NCBI GenBank assembly: GCA_025360805.1
Contig: JANYBK010000058.1
Coordinates: 1-46,529 of the forward strand
DNA: 46,529 bases
Direction of reading: 5' to 3'
DNA from: Methanomicrobiales archaeon
GTDB lineage: Archaea > Halobacteriota > Methanomicrobia > Methanomicrobiales > Methanospirillaceae
Both the position numbers and the translations under genes were made by a program. The notes beneath the pieces are model-generated. The model ran no database searches. It saw only the letters and a program-made list of their open reading frames with translations, and was not told the DNA's origin. Positions 46,386-46,529 of this stretch are shown here, one piece after another (the stretch's first letter is position 1; every line of letters begins with the position of its first letter).

Positions 46386-46529
46386 AGCTGAGCGGAGTGC
46401 AGGTCTCTCATGGTCCCGAACTGGAATATCCGATCCTAAAAAACAGGGGTTTTTTCCCTTTGACTGTGTTAACCCCTCCGGAGCCGGGTGTATGCCGGAC
46501 CCGGCCACATTGGACACAACTCATTAGCC

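Noticed and set aside
46438-46529. Short inverted repeats and an IS-end-like TG...TTGGACAC sequence at the window end
   Set aside because: Truncated by the window edge, with no transposase or partner end visible; the resemblance is too weak to call.

Overview
This is archaeal methanogen chromosomal DNA. The methanogenesis-marker operon, archaeal Hel308, RadB and TyrRS, and a wHTH-multi-PAS regulator suggest a Methanomicrobiales, probably Methanoregula-like, genome; that assignment is inference, not a database result. About 40 CDS are supportable. (1) 0.2-7.9 kb holds moaB, cgi121, hel308, the KH protein Dim2/Pno1, rio1, tyrS, gap and tsr3, with archaeal origin-recognition-box (ORB) motifs at ~93-115 and ~3587-3673. 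(2) A DUF523/TudS-like Fe-S domain is fused to a nucleoside 2-deoxyribosyltransferase domain. (3) 8.9-17.1 kb is a partly AT-rich, lipid-carrier-dependent glycosylation cluster. (4) Next come a SelB-like factor, LemA/DUF2207, a PPC protein, a YgiQ radical SAM enzyme, ManC, an AsnB-like protein and a chagasin lipoprotein. (5) The tightly coupled atwA-mmp3-mmp6-mmp5-mmp15-mmp17-mmp7 operon ends in a CxxC AhpD/CMD protein. (6) Then a HAD hydrolase, R15P isomerase, dapF, the PAS regulator, radB and larC. (7) The AT-rich right end is the most unusual part. It encodes a 1055-aa CDC48/VAT whose D2 alpha-helical lid occurs as five tandem ~80-aa units, whose D2 pore loop reads KYYG like D1, and whose 3' two-thirds are much more AT-rich than the 5' third. 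It is followed by an orphan membrane protein, a GC-rich structured element and two ~89% identical 267-bp non-coding direct repeats containing 21-bp-spaced 13-mers. No rRNA, tRNA, CRISPR array, transposase or integrase was recognised. All calls come from motif recognition by eye; no searches were run.
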